Notes under the pieces: model-generated
Database searches by the model: none
What the model was told of the DNA's origin: nothing
What the model saw: the letters and a program-made list of their open reading frames with translations, nothing else
Assembly (NCBI GenBank): GCA_002774875.1
Contig: PCYM01000001.1
Coordinates: 246,153 to 310,152, forward strand
From: Candidatus Uhrbacteria bacterium CG10_big_fil_rev_8_21_14_0_10_50_16
GTDB lineage: Bacteria; Patescibacteriota; Patescibacteriia; UBA9934; UBA11717
Reading direction: 5' to 3'
Length of the DNA stretch: 64,000 nt
Position numbers and translations under genes: made by a program
Shown here: piece by piece, positions 27,592 to 38,474 of the stretch
Numbering within the stretch: the stretch's first letter is position 1
Layout of the letters: each line of letters starts with the position of its first letter

Positions 27592-28338
27592 TTACGATAA
27601 TTCGGAGGCGAGTTGAATCAACTCAATCAACGATTTAATACGAACGCCTGCACCTCCTACAAGCGCGCCATCCACTGACGAGTGATTTAAGAACTCGTAC
27701 GCGTTTTCCGGTGTCACACTTCCCCCATAAAGCACCAAAACGTCCGGAATGTCAAGTTGCGCAAGCTGTTCCTTGATCTGTGTGTGCACCACGGAAACGT
27801 CTTGAATGGAGGGAACTTTACCGCTGCCAATGGCCCATAACGGCTCATACGCCACATAGATGGTATGCCGTTTTGTTGGATGAATCCCCATAAAAATCGT
27901 GCTAATTTGATCGTGGATGTACCCTGCGGTCTCTCCCGCCTCACGCGTGGCCATCGGCTCTCCCACCGCCACGATTACGTCCAATCCATGTTGCAGGGCC
28001 AACGCCACCTTCTCGCGCACGTCCGCGTCCGTCTCGCCTTGCCGTCGGCATTCCGAATGTCCCAAAATCACCGCCTGCGCTCCCACTTCCTTAAGAACCC
28101 GTACGGATACACTCCCTGTATAGGCACCAACCTCCTCCGTATGCATGTTCTGCGCGGCCATTTGCACACGGGACCGCCCTAGGACTTTGGACACCTCAAA
28201 CAACGCCGGGAACGTTGGCGCCACAAGAATATTTGGAATATCTTGCATGCCCCGAAGCCCACGCAAAACACCCCGTGCAAGAGCCACGGACTCACGCACG
28301 CCTAGTTCCATTTTCCAATTGGCAATGATGGTTTTCAT
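27592..28338 (-). CDS. tpiA: triosephosphate isomerase
   Basis: ANWKM, GAYTG, ILGHSE, AYEP.WAIG, LYGGSV, DGALVGGA. Confidence 0.97.
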   Translation of the reverse strand: MKTIIANWKMELGVRESVALARGVLRGLRGMQDIPNILVAPTFPALFEVSKVLGRSRVQMAAQNMHTEEVGAYTGSVSVRVLKEVGAQAVILGHSECRRQGETDADVREKVALALQHGLDVIVAVGEPMATREAGETAGYIHDQISTIFMGIHPTKRHTIYVAYEPLWAIGSGKVPSIQDVSVVHTQIKEQLAQLDIPDVLVLYGGSVTPENAYEFLNHSSVDGALVGGAGVRIKSLIELIQLASELS

Positions 28339-28388
28339 AAGGATGAGTTACGGGTTTGCAAACTACGTCTTGGGTGAGATCTCGCGGA

Positions 28389-29660
28389 TTATCGAGGAGG
28401 AAGTGTTGCACGGATTACATCTGGGTCTGTCTCGGGTCCAATGTAGGACATGGTCATCTTAGAGCGATCAAACAGCTCTTTTGCGAGCGTCTGCACGTCT
28501 TGCTTAGTGATTTTCTGCAACGCGGCAATACGGTCCTCAGGTGATGGAACCACCTCTTGAAATAACGCTTGCTTGGCATACCACTCGGCACGCTCGGACG
28601 AATCCTCAATACCCAACAATATTCGTCCACGCAGAAAAGCTTTGGTACGGTCCATTTCCTCGTCCGTCGGTCCATTGGTCACAAGATCGTTGATCTCTTC
28701 AAAAATGCGATCCATGGCCTCCGACAGCCGTGTCTTGTCCAACCCTGCCAAAATAGATGTGATACCGGCATCCTCGTACGCACTGTGGTAACAGTTGATT
28801 CTATACGCTAATCCCCCTTTTTCTCGCACATTCATAAACAAACGAGAACTCATATTGCCACCCAACATCGTACTCAACAAGCGCATGGTGTCCCCTCGCT
28901 CATCATTGTGTGACAACCCCGGAAATCCGAGTCCAATGTGCACTTGCTCGGTGGCCTTTTGCTGCATCTCGATCGGCGGAACATCTTGGGACGCAAACCC
29001 ATTAAACGCACCGTACCCGTCCGACGCTAATAAGCTCTCAACTGTTCCAAACGTCGCATTAAGCCACGTCTCAACCTCCGGTGTTACGTTTCCTGCAACG
29101 GCGATCGTCATGCGATCTGGTGTGTAATGTTGATCTCTAAATGCCATCACAGCCTTACGATCCATGGCACGCATGGTAGCAGGCGTCCCGGCAATGTCTC
29201 GTTCCAAAGAGTTACCTCTAAACATCACACGCTCCAACAACTCGTCGATGTGACGTGTAGGGCTATCCTCATACATGTTGATCTCCTCAATAATCACGCG
29301 TCGCTCGCGGTCCATCTCCTCCTCGTTGTAGAGCGAATCAAAGTTCATGTCATATAACGTTTGAATGGCGAACTGCGCATGCGTGGAATCCGACTTAATA
29401 TAGTACCCCGTATATTCCTTACTCGTGTAGGCATTAAACTCGGCCCCAATGGCGTCCAACGCGCGCGACACATGCGCGGGAGTGGGCAGTGCTGTAGAGC
29501 CCTTAAACATCATGTGCTCAATAAAATGTGAGGCACCACTTAACTCCGGTGTCTCATAGCGAGATCCAACCTTTGCCATCACCAAAACTGTCGTGGCTTG
29601 GGTGCCTTCAACCGGTACAAGAAAGGCGCGCATGCCGTTGGTCAATTCAATTTGTTTCAT
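28389..29660 (-). CDS. M16 family zinc peptidase
   Basis: HFIEH inverted zincin motif, NAYTS, SSRLF..VREK.GLAY. Confidence 0.93.
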   Translation of the reverse strand: MKQIELTNGMRAFLVPVEGTQATTVLVMAKVGSRYETPELSGASHFIEHMMFKGSTALPTPAHVSRALDAIGAEFNAYTSKEYTGYYIKSDSTHAQFAIQTLYDMNFDSLYNEEEMDRERRVIIEEINMYEDSPTRHIDELLERVMFRGNSLERDIAGTPATMRAMDRKAVMAFRDQHYTPDRMTIAVAGNVTPEVETWLNATFGTVESLLASDGYGAFNGFASQDVPPIEMQQKATEQVHIGLGFPGLSHNDERGDTMRLLSTMLGGNMSSRLFMNVREKGGLAYRINCYHSAYEDAGITSILAGLDKTRLSEAMDRIFEEINDLVTNGPTDEEMDRTKAFLRGRILLGIEDSSERAEWYAKQALFQEVVPSPEDRIAALQKITKQDVQTLAKELFDRSKMTMSYIGPETDPDVIRATLPPR

Positions 29661-29705
29661 AGATTCACGTCGGGAATAAAGATCAATCGCTACCAATACA
29701 GGCGA

Positions 29706-31106
29706 CTACGCCGCAAGACGCTGCGCCAGGTACGCCGTAAGCTCTACAATCGGCACACGCGTTTGTTGCATGGTATCGCGATCACGCACGGTCACAGCCT
29801 TGTCTTCCAATGTCTCAAAGTCCACCGTTACACAAAACGGTGTTCCAATCTCGTCCTGCCGGCGATAGCGTTTTCCAATGGATCCCGAGGCGTCAAACTC
29901 CACGCGTGCCATTGGAAGGAGTTGATCGACCAATTTCTGTGCCGGCTCAATAAGTTGGTCTTTCTTAGAAAGCGGCAGGACTGCTACCTGATAAGGCGCT
30001 AACGCAGGCACAAATTTCATCACAACACGTGTATCTGTTCCGCCTTTAGAATCAGGGACCTCCTCTTCCGTATAGGCGCTTGTAAGCAACGCAAGTAGCG
30101 TTCGGTCCACGCCAAGTGACGGTTCGATCACATGCGGAACCACTTTCTTTGACTGTTCGTCTGGATCGGTATATTCCAATTTTTGTTTGGAGTGATTTTG
30201 ATGATTGGTCAAATCAAAATCTGTTCGATACGCGAGACCCCAAAGTTCTTTTGTGCCAAATGGAAAGTCAAACTCAAAATCCACCGTACGCTTGGAATAA
30301 TGCGCCAACGCGTCCTTTGCAACTTCCAATCGATGTACGTGTGCTATGTCGATTCCAATTTGTTTGCCCCAGTTTTCTATGGTGTCTGCCCATGTCTCAA
30401 ACTGTGCCTGCCAATCCTGCTCTTCCAAAAAATACTCAATCTCCATTTGCTCAAACTCAAGCGTTCTAAATGTAAAGTTTCCCGGCGTAATCTCATTCCT
30501 AAATGCTTTTCCGATTTGCGCAATCCCAAATGGCAATCGTATGCGTGTTGTATCTAACACGTTTTTAAAGTTCACGAAAATAGCTTGCGCTGTTTCTGGC
30601 CGAAGGTAAATCACTTGATCCCCTTCTCCGGCCGCACCTGCGGTGGTTTCAAACATCCCGCTAAACTGTCGCGGCGGCGTCAGCGCATTTCCATCTGGGC
30701 TCTTGAGGCTCTTCGCCTCGATAATCGCCGCAAGTTCCTCAAGCGACTTTCCATCGACATTCTCTCCTGTCATCTCCTGGATCAAATGATCGGCTCGAAA
30801 CCGTTTATGGGTTATTTTATCTTCTACTAACGGGTCATTAAACGTCTCTACGTGACCCGACGCCTCCCACACACGCGGATTCATCAAAATCGAACTATCG
30901 ATTCCCACAATATCTTGTCGGCGTTCCACAAATGTTTTCCACCAACTATCCTTAATATTTTTCTTAAGCTGAGACCCCAATGGACCATAATCCCAGGTAT
31001 TGGCAAGCCCCCCGTAAATCTCCGAACCAGGAAACACAAACCCGCGCCGCTTGCACAGCGACACGATTTTATTCATGAGATCCTCGGGTTGTTCTTGTTT
31101 GGGCAT
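29706..31106 (-). CDS. glyQS: glycine--tRNA ligase (alpha2 type)
   Basis: LRPETAQ, FRNEITPGNF.FR..EFEQME, VIEPS.G, IGKRYRRQDEIGTP. Confidence 0.97.
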   Translation of the reverse strand: MPKQEQPEDLMNKIVSLCKRRGFVFPGSEIYGGLANTWDYGPLGSQLKKNIKDSWWKTFVERRQDIVGIDSSILMNPRVWEASGHVETFNDPLVEDKITHKRFRADHLIQEMTGENVDGKSLEELAAIIEAKSLKSPDGNALTPPRQFSGMFETTAGAAGEGDQVIYLRPETAQAIFVNFKNVLDTTRIRLPFGIAQIGKAFRNEITPGNFTFRTLEFEQMEIEYFLEEQDWQAQFETWADTIENWGKQIGIDIAHVHRLEVAKDALAHYSKRTVDFEFDFPFGTKELWGLAYRTDFDLTNHQNHSKQKLEYTDPDEQSKKVVPHVIEPSLGVDRTLLALLTSAYTEEEVPDSKGGTDTRVVMKFVPALAPYQVAVLPLSKKDQLIEPAQKLVDQLLPMARVEFDASGSIGKRYRRQDEIGTPFCVTVDFETLEDKAVTVRDRDTMQQTRVPIVELTAYLAQRLAA

Positions 31107-31113
31107 AGACTCA

Positions 31114-31668
31114 CTAGACTTTCATAATCTGATCCTCCTTGGCGTCCCCCAAACGCTCAAGCGCATCATTAACCTCTTTGACAAACGCATCCAACTCCTC
31201 CTGCAATCGATAGCGTTCGTCCTCGCGAATTTCATTTTCCTTCTCGGCGCGCTCAATATCTTTTTTTATTTCATCACGCCCCGTGCGCACACGAATCCGT
31301 GCCTCCTCCACTTTTTTGCCAACCATCTTTGCTAGCTCTTTACGTCGATCCTCCGTAAGCGGTTGCACCACCATACGAATAATCTTACCACTCACGTTTG
31401 GCATGATCCCAAGATTAGCCTCGGTGAGCGCCTTCTCAATATCCTTAACGACACTCGCATCCCACGGTTCAATTTGCACCGTATGCGCGTCTGGCGTAGA
31501 GATGGCCGCGAGGTTTTTGAGCACTTGTGCTGATCCATACGTGGTCACCAACACCCCGTCTACGAGTCCGGTACTTGCCCGGCCCGTTTGAATCCCGGCG
31601 AGTTCTCCTTCTAAAAATTCGATGGCTTTTTCTACGTCTGATTTTCGTTCTGTGAGAAATTGATGCAT
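31114..31668 (-). CDS. frr: ribosome recycling factor
   Basis: IQTGRAS, I.PWD, IEKA, LTEDRRKEL. Confidence 0.95.
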   Translation of the reverse strand: MHQFLTERKSDVEKAIEFLEGELAGIQTGRASTGLVDGVLVTTYGSAQVLKNLAAISTPDAHTVQIEPWDASVVKDIEKALTEANLGIMPNVSGKIIRMVVQPLTEDRRKELAKMVGKKVEEARIRVRTGRDEIKKDIERAEKENEIREDERYRLQEELDAFVKEVNDALERLGDAKEDQIMKV

Positions 31669-31752
31669 ACACGACTGGTCAAGAATTACGGGAACCGTCA
31701 GATAAGGATTCATCTGAATTGTAGGAACCTTAGCAAACAAACCCAGAATCTC

Positions 31753-32832
31753 CTAGAACACGAGTCCGCTTTGTTCCTCAAACGCGCGCAGCCCCAAATA
31801 GGCCGTAGAACCGTTCTCTGGATCAATTAATAGCTGATACCCACGTGAATTTGCTGGCATTTTTTCTGGGTCCCAACGTGATCCGCCATTAACCGACGTG
31901 TAAATTGTTGATCCCGCAACATATATCACATGGTTTCCGTCACGTGGATCCACGGCAAGTGCCGAGATATCCGACCCTGCCGCAAGTAAGGGAACCGGGC
32001 TCCACGTTTCTCCGCGATCCGTGGACGTCAACAAACCGTAATCGGTTGACACCCAGTAGGTATCACCCGCGGCTGTTTGCACAATGTCACGCACATTTTT
32101 TACGCCATCCAAATCTTTATATTGATCGTCTGCAAACAGATTCACCCACGTAGCACCGCCATCAATGGATCGTCGTAGCCCACTTTGGGCGGTGGACAAA
32201 AGCAAGATGCGACTATCCCGGTTATCAATTTCTAAATCTCGATTAAATCCACCCTTGTTATACGCTGTCATCCAGTTGACGCCCGCGTCTGTTGATTTCA
32301 AGACTTCTCCGGCTGTGTTGGTGAGATACACCACATTTGGATTAAACCAATCAACCTCGATATCGGTAATTACCACATCTGCTCGTGGGTCCACATACAT
32401 TTCTGTGTTAAATGTACGCCCGCAATCATCGGTTTTGAGCAATCGCTGACCGCGTGACACATACACCGTACATTTGTTGTTTGGGTCTACAGAGATCGCA
32501 CGCACGCGTCCATCTCGTAGTAAGGGTTCTCGCACACGATTCCACCCCGCACCGCCGTCATAACTATAAAGGAGTCCGTTTGCGAGCGTCCCCATGTACA
32601 GCGCAAAATGATCCGACGGATCAAACACGAGCTCGTTCACTTCTACGCTTGTAATGTCCCCCACACCTGTTGGGGTTGGAAGAGCTGCTTGTTTTTCCCA
32701 GTTAGCGCCACCGTCCACAGATTTCCACGCGCTAAATTGGTCCGCTTCACTGTTACCACCAAAAATACAGCCAGCACCGGTAAGGATGAGAATTCCGCAG
32801 AGCGCGGAGAGTTGAACGAGAGATCGATTCAT
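31753..32832 (-). CDS. BNR/Asp-box beta-propeller lipoprotein
   Basis: GAGC lipobox-like site and repeated S.DGG.TW Asp boxes. Confidence 0.85.
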   Translation of the reverse strand: MNRSLVQLSALCGILILTGAGCIFGGNSEADQFSAWKSVDGGANWEKQAALPTPTGVGDITSVEVNELVFDPSDHFALYMGTLANGLLYSYDGGAGWNRVREPLLRDGRVRAISVDPNNKCTVYVSRGQRLLKTDDCGRTFNTEMYVDPRADVVITDIEVDWFNPNVVYLTNTAGEVLKSTDAGVNWMTAYNKGGFNRDLEIDNRDSRILLLSTAQSGLRRSIDGGATWVNLFADDQYKDLDGVKNVRDIVQTAAGDTYWVSTDYGLLTSTDRGETWSPVPLLAAGSDISALAVDPRDGNHVIYVAGSTIYTSVNGGSRWDPEKMPANSRGYQLLIDPENGSTAYLGLRAFEEQSGLVF

Positions 32833-33794
32833 ATGCACTGCATGAGTTGAATGAGAGCAAGTTTTGGATTGAGATGTTGTTGCAATTGTACCCTAAGCAC
32901 CGGCAAAGCGTGTAATAACCCTGTGAGTTGTTTGACCTCCATGTTGCTTTGGATTTGTTGGGCGGCAAGATCTGAGCACTGCAATTGCACAAGGAGTGCG
33001 TCGCGTGTTTGCATCTCAAGCGCACTTACGCGTTGCAACAATTCTGTGCGTGTTTTGACATGGTCTTCCTCGTAGGCCGGTAGCACACCGCGACTCGCCA
33101 AAATACGTTTTTGTACAGAAGCGTCCAAACATGCCAACGTGAGTGCATTTCGTTGATCAATCAATTCCCGCAATTGTGGATCCTCGGCGAGTGAGATAGC
33201 CACACCCGGAGATCCGGCCGAGAGGCCAGCTAACACGTGTGCTTCTTCACGCGACGAGGCACGTTCCTCCAACCCCGCACAAATCATCTCTCGTGCCACA
33301 AGACTTAACCGCAACGGCTGAACGCGAGAGGTAATCGTTGGTAAAAGCAATGTATCGTCTGTCACCGTCAACAAGATGCACGCATTCCCGCGCGGTTCCT
33401 CAAGAGTTTTGAGTAAGGCATTTGCGGCCGTAGTGGAGAGGAGATGTGCGTCTTGCACAATCAACACCTTGTATCCACCATGTAGCGCCGACTGTTGAAA
33501 CCGTTTACGCGCCTCTTGAATTTGCTCCACGGTAATCTGCTCACGCAATCTATTGGTTTTTTTATTTAATCCACGTTGCACGACCACCAGATCCGGATGC
33601 GTCTTGAGTGTCCCGGGATGTGTTTTAAGCAATCGCGCCGCAAAACGCCATGCAACGGTCATTTTTCCAACAGATTGCGGGCCCACAAGCAAGTATGCAT
33701 GGCTCACACATTGGCGATCCAACACACGATCCAAAAATTCCAACACCGTCTGGTGACCAATGACATTCCAAGGTTGTGGCGTTGTTTGAGGCAT
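32829..33794 (-). CDS. holB: DNA polymerase III delta' subunit
   Basis: HAYLLVGP..VGK, HPD, AANALLKTLEEP, LLPTI.SR. Confidence 0.93.
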   Translation of the reverse strand: MPQTTPQPWNVIGHQTVLEFLDRVLDRQCVSHAYLLVGPQSVGKMTVAWRFAARLLKTHPGTLKTHPDLVVVQRGLNKKTNRLREQITVEQIQEARKRFQQSALHGGYKVLIVQDAHLLSTTAANALLKTLEEPRGNACILLTVTDDTLLLPTITSRVQPLRLSLVAREMICAGLEERASSREEAHVLAGLSAGSPGVAISLAEDPQLRELIDQRNALTLACLDASVQKRILASRGVLPAYEEDHVKTRTELLQRVSALEMQTRDALLVQLQCSDLAAQQIQSNMEVKQLTGLLHALPVLRVQLQQHLNPKLALIQLMQCI

Positions 33795-33855
33795 AACTCT
33801 ATTATAGCAAAGTCTTGAATACAGCTAACGTTAGTGGAGATTATAAGGGTACCTC

Positions 33856-33884
33856 TTGACAAAATCACAAAAACATGTTATAAG
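33856..33884 (+). promoter_or_regulatory. strong sigma70 promoter
   Basis: TTGACA-N17-TATAAG with extended TG. Confidence 0.8.
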
Positions 33885-33889
33885 GGACG

Positions 33890-34535
33890 GTTCCCAAAGG
33901 TACACACATGCGTGTGCGATTCGCGTATACCAATCTGGGGGAGAGAAAACGGCGTGAGTGTAGAGCAACAGCTCGAGGCTCCGCTGCTGGTATCAAGTGC
34001 TTAGACTGGGTCTTGACTCACTCTTCGCACACACCCGATACCATCGATAGTCAATCCAAGCTTTGCGCGGATGACGGCTATCATTGTTCCCCAGGTTGGT
34101 GTACGTGGACGTCTACACCAGTAGCGGTTCCATCTGCTCACGACCGGCGTCCTCCTGGACGTCGGCCCGACCACCCGCGAGATCAATTTGATTGAGCTTG
34201 CAGGTGGTCGCCACGACCCTCTATCTCCGTGCGAGGAGATGGCAGTCTCCAAGGCCAACCGCATTCGCGGGTTGCGCAGCTGCGCCTAAGAATGTTCTGC
34301 CAAATACCGAAAGGTGGCTCCCATTCTCACCGTGCCAACCGAGGCTGATATTGCAAGAGGAATCGAGATAGTCCACCACGTGTGGGTTATCTCCCTCCAA
34401 CTAGCCCCACGAGCAATCGTGAGGCTTAATGAGGACACTTTGTGTCTCTTCCGGGATCGCACTCCCGAGACGCAAAGTACATTTCTCTCCCCGAGAGGCC
34501 GCCAGGGTGTTTTATGCCTTGTGCGGCTTTTCTTA
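33890..34535 (+). ncRNA. candidate large structured ncRNA (~645 nt), family not recognised
   Basis: More than ten helices with G-U pairs, promoter upstream, hairpin plus U-tract at 34498-34535, no credible ORF. Confidence 0.7.
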
Positions 34536-34579
34536 TTTTGCTAGCAAAAACAGAGCCATTGCGGCCCTGTTTTGTATAC

Positions 34580-34751
34580 CTATTTAAGTGAGAGTGTCGG
34601 TTCAATCGCGTCTTTTACCTCCTGACATCCATGCGCTCGGCCCGGTCCATCATCAAAGCCTGTACCACATGCATTGGTAAACACCAACCAGTCACCATTC
34701 AACATCGCCAGATTCACCCGTACACCCGTGTCACAAATTTTAAAATCCATG
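34580..34751 (-). CDS. small hypothetical protein (start uncertain)
   Basis: Short frame downstream of the TrmB gene, followed by hairpin at 34546-34573. Confidence 0.35.
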
Positions 34752-34780
34752 TTAAATGCATCGAGTGACGTGTAGCACAA

Positions 34781-35563
34781 TTAACTCGATGGAAACGCAA
34801 TGTCCGTTGGTGCCGCGTCCCAGGCAAGATTAAACACGCGACGCAGGGCTTGCGCCAACGGCGGATTCTCAATCACCACACCCACAGGGATTCCTTCAAA
34901 CGCGACCCCATATACTTCGTTACCTTTGACACTTATTTGACCCGTTAGCGGCGCGTCGTCACTTGGCAGATACCGCACATGCCATCCGTGACGCTCGTGC
35001 ATCTCACGCATAGATTCTACCGGTGGAACATCGGCCACAACCAGCACGCGCCCGTGGATACAATTATGCGTAAGCGTCTCACGATGATCTGCGTATTCAT
35101 GCGCCTCAATAAACGTATGCAGCGCATCGTAGGGAACAATTTCAAAAAAATCTGCAGAGCATTCCTCGTATCGGCGGGAAAGCTGCCTAATCCCCTCCCT
35201 CCCCTCATACATAAACATACGCGGGCGATGTTGAATGGTTTTTTCAAGCGCCATGAGCTCCGGCAACAACTCCTCCACAGCTTCCATGCGACGCAACAAC
35301 TCATCCGCCTTTGATTTGAGCATACGCACAATCACTTCTGGCGGCTCGGCGGCATACGTGTTCTTGCCTTTTTGCTCCAGGCTTGTCATGAGACCCGTCT
35401 CGATCAAGGATTCAATCACATTGTAAACCGTGGTACGCGTAATCTGCGACGCATGCGCAATCTCCTGCACACTGGCCGATCCCAACGACAGCGTGGTTAA
35501 ATACACACGCGCCTCGCGGTCCGACAAGCCGGCTAGTTGGAGTTGTTCGACAATATGCTGCAT
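34781..35563 (-). CDS. TrmB-family transcriptional regulator
   Basis: GLSDREARVY..L...SVQEIA....RTTVY HTH; YEGREGI linker. Confidence 0.9.
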   Translation of the reverse strand: MQHIVEQLQLAGLSDREARVYLTTLSLGSASVQEIAHASQITRTTVYNVIESLIETGLMTSLEQKGKNTYAAEPPEVIVRMLKSKADELLRRMEAVEELLPELMALEKTIQHRPRMFMYEGREGIRQLSRRYEECSADFFEIVPYDALHTFIEAHEYADHRETLTHNCIHGRVLVVADVPPVESMREMHERHGWHVRYLPSDDAPLTGQISVKGNEVYGVAFEGIPVGVVIENPPLAQALRRVFNLAWDAAPTDIAFPSS

Positions 35564-36624
35564 AGAACTTGCAGTGTTTTTTGTGCGGTCGCCTCCCAGG
35601 TAAACATCGCGACTCGCTCCAATCCTTGTGCGATTTTCTCCTCCATCAATTCACCACACACACGGTCAAATGCCGCCATCCATTGCCCCGCATCCTCTCG
35701 ATCAACAAATAACGGAACCTCTCCCCCCACTTCGTGCAACGCAGGGAGATTGGAACAAATCACCGGCACGCCCACCGCCATTGCTTCTAAAATAGGTATG
35801 CCAAACCCTTCTTTTTTTGTTGGAAACACAAAGGCCTTTGCGCCGGCCACAATCGCCGCCGCATCTCTCCCGTCTACCCAGCCAAGTACGTGCACGCCTA
35901 GATGTTGCGCAAGCGTTTGAATCTCTGTATAGCCATCCTCTCCAGGGGTGCCCACAAGCACGAGGTCCACGTCTGCATGTTGCTCACGCCACGTCGCGAA
36001 CATACGCAATAGGTCTGCCTGGCCCTTCCGTTGATCTAATCGCCCCACGCACACAAAATAGGTCTGCGGTAATTGATACTGCGCACGCACTTCTTGAATA
36101 CGATCAATCGCCTGCATGTTGTACAACGTGTGATCAATCCCAAGCGGCGTAACCGTCATGCGCTGTGTGTCCACCCCATAGGCACGCGCCACATCCTGCC
36201 TGGTTTGATCGGCCACCATCAACAACTTTGTTGCCACACGTGCGCAACGCAGGTGATCCTTTTCTAATTGTTTGACACGCTTTGCAGAAAAAAGTTCTGG
36301 ATTCCAATGAAACGCAATGTCATGAAGCGTCTGTACACTCTTTTGTGGAATGTAGGGCGGCAGAGCATCGCCAGGTGAAAACGTGACTTCTGGTTTTTCT
36401 AACCAAAGATACAGGCTCCACATCCATTTCCACCCCGGGAACGGCCACATAATGACCACGTTCTTCCAATTTCCCGCCAACGCAAAATCCAACGGACGAT
36501 GCGTATACACGCACACCTCCAATTCTGGTTGGAGTTTATTCATGGCTTTAATCAGATGGTACACGTACCACTCAACGCCCGTTTTGATAGGTTTTGCCGC
36601 CGGTACACCGTCGATTGCGATCAT
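35533..36624 (-). CDS. glycosyltransferase family 4
   Basis: TGVEWY, TLHD, VGRLDQRKG, EGFGIPILEAM. Confidence 0.93.
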   Translation of the reverse strand: MIAIDGVPAAKPIKTGVEWYVYHLIKAMNKLQPELEVCVYTHRPLDFALAGNWKNVVIMWPFPGWKWMWSLYLWLEKPEVTFSPGDALPPYIPQKSVQTLHDIAFHWNPELFSAKRVKQLEKDHLRCARVATKLLMVADQTRQDVARAYGVDTQRMTVTPLGIDHTLYNMQAIDRIQEVRAQYQLPQTYFVCVGRLDQRKGQADLLRMFATWREQHADVDLVLVGTPGEDGYTEIQTLAQHLGVHVLGWVDGRDAAAIVAGAKAFVFPTKKEGFGIPILEAMAVGVPVICSNLPALHEVGGEVPLFVDREDAGQWMAAFDRVCGELMEEKIAQGLERVAMFTWEATAQKTLQVLCSILSNNSN

Positions 36625-36843
36625 AGGATTATTTATGCCGTGTGCTCGTTTAGTATACCGTATAGAGTAGTATCGATCGTCATTGCGAGTTTTACGAAGC
36701 AATCTATTTATTCTTTCTCTCTCCTTTTTGTTTCGCCAAAACAGAAGGGCTTCGTTTATGCCAAGGTCATAACGGCGTACTCGTGGGGACACGCAGAGAG
36801 AACTCTCGATGTTGCTCACGAATTCCTTTTATCTTAACAACCC

Positions 36844-37854
36844 TTAACTCGTAAACACACTTCGCTTGTAAGCCTCCAGGTTCTCCAACGCTATACCCGT
36901 GCCACGTGCCACGCACAACTGGGTGTCGTCGGCAATGTACGTAGGCACACCGGTCGACTCCGCAATCAACTTATTGATGTTGCGTAGCTGACTCGACCCT
37001 CCCGACATCACAATCCCCTTATCCATAACGTCTGCAGACAACTCCGGCGGCGTTTTTTGCAATACGTCTTTGACCGCATCCACAATCCCCTGCATCTCGT
37101 TGGTAATAGCATCCGTTACGTCATCGCTGTTGACTTTAATCAATTTTGGCATGCCCGTAATGAGATCGCGACCCTTGACCTCCATCTCTAATTTATCTTC
37201 CAAATACATAGCCGACCCAATCTCAATCTTGATCGCCTCGGCCGTACGTTCACCAATCGCCAATCCATACACGCGCCGCACATGATCTTGAATTGCCGCA
37301 TCAAACCGCACGCCGCCTATTCGCACACTCGTACTTGCCACAATGCCACCAAGCGATATGACCGCCATCTCGGACGTTCCCCCGCCAATATCAATAATCA
37401 TGTGACCCGACGGACTTCCAATGGGAATATTGGCGCCAATAGCTGCAACAATCGGCTCCGTAATAATGTAGGCTGCCTTAGCACCTGCCGCAAGTGTTGC
37501 ATCGATCACCGCACGTCGTTCTGTAGACGTGATTCCGCCTGGCACCGCCACCATCACTTCTGGACGAATAAAACGCACACCGCCTAACGCCTTGTTAATA
37601 AAATAGCGCAACATGGCCTCTGTGGTCCGATAATCTGCGATCACGCCGTCTTTGAGCGGTCGACGCGCCACAATGGTGTCCGGGGTTCGGCCCAGCATGT
37701 CTTTTGCCTCTTTTCCGACGGCCAGAACCTTTCCATCAATCGTAGAAACCGCAACCACGGAGGGCTCGTTGATAATAATTCCGCGTTTTGGCACGTACAC
37801 CAATACGGTGGTCGTTCCCAAATCAATCCCAATTTTTTTCTGAAAAACGGCCAT
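36844..37854 (-). CDS. mreB: rod shape-determining protein MreB
   Basis: GIDLGT, NEPSVVA, RPLKDGVIAD, DIGGGT. Confidence 0.96.
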   Translation of the reverse strand: MAVFQKKIGIDLGTTTVLVYVPKRGIIINEPSVVAVSTIDGKVLAVGKEAKDMLGRTPDTIVARRPLKDGVIADYRTTEAMLRYFINKALGGVRFIRPEVMVAVPGGITSTERRAVIDATLAAGAKAAYIITEPIVAAIGANIPIGSPSGHMIIDIGGGTSEMAVISLGGIVASTSVRIGGVRFDAAIQDHVRRVYGLAIGERTAEAIKIEIGSAMYLEDKLEMEVKGRDLITGMPKLIKVNSDDVTDAITNEMQGIVDAVKDVLQKTPPELSADVMDKGIVMSGGSSQLRNINKLIAESTGVPTYIADDTQLCVARGTGIALENLEAYKRSVFTS

Positions 37855-38005
37855 GTAGAGAGGGGTTCTAAGTGGCCCTATCTTATCAAAGCCCTAGGTA
37901 AAGGGAAAGGATGGCGTTATGGGGCCCCGAATATTATTCTAAGGGGATCTTCGTTGACATAGGGGCTTATTAACACCACATCCCCATGCTGGGGAATGGA
38001 GGTAG

Positions 38006-38474
38006 ATGGCTATGACAAATTGTGCTTTGTTCGGTGAGCGGTACGGAGAACACCAGATAGACGATCTATTGAGACTGCACGAGAGGATCGTCGAGCATGC
38101 ACACATGATGGGGAAGCTTCTGGACTTTGCGAAGAGTTTGAACCTGAGTTTTACCTTTTACGTAATTCCGGCGTCAGCAAGCCACCAATATATCTGCGTG
38201 GTGAATGTCTTGAGCTACACCATCCGGATGGTGCTCAACAACCATAACGGTAGATGTACCTTGTCTTTTGGTGAGCTCGAGGAAGTTCCCGGATCAATCT
38301 TCGAGATCGATTGGTTCGGCATATGTCACACTTCATCCATGGACAATGGTGTGCAACAGATCATTGGCGAATCCGGTTCCCCCATGGAGGACGTGCTGGA
38401 ATCGCCTGCTGGCAGAGCTCACGCGACGTCACGAGGTTCGCTCCCGGCAGCCAGCGCCGGCCAATCTCGCCTGA
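38006..38474 (+). CDS. orphan hypothetical protein, probably frameshifted near 38300-38350
   Basis: GGAGG SD; terminator at 38498-38527 follows the +1-frame stop at 38474, not the 38614 stop. Confidence 0.45.

Noticed and set aside
33912-34535. Group II intron, RNase P RNA or tmRNA as identity of the structured region
   Set aside because: GTGCGATTCG resembles a group II 5' end, but I see no canonical domain V/VI and no interrupted gene. There is no GAGGAAAGTCC and no tRNA-like ends. A covariance search is still needed.
33908-34544. ORFs 33908-34195, 34001-34264 and 34314-34544 as proteins
   Set aside because: Short, no SD, atypical composition, and overlapping dense RNA helices.
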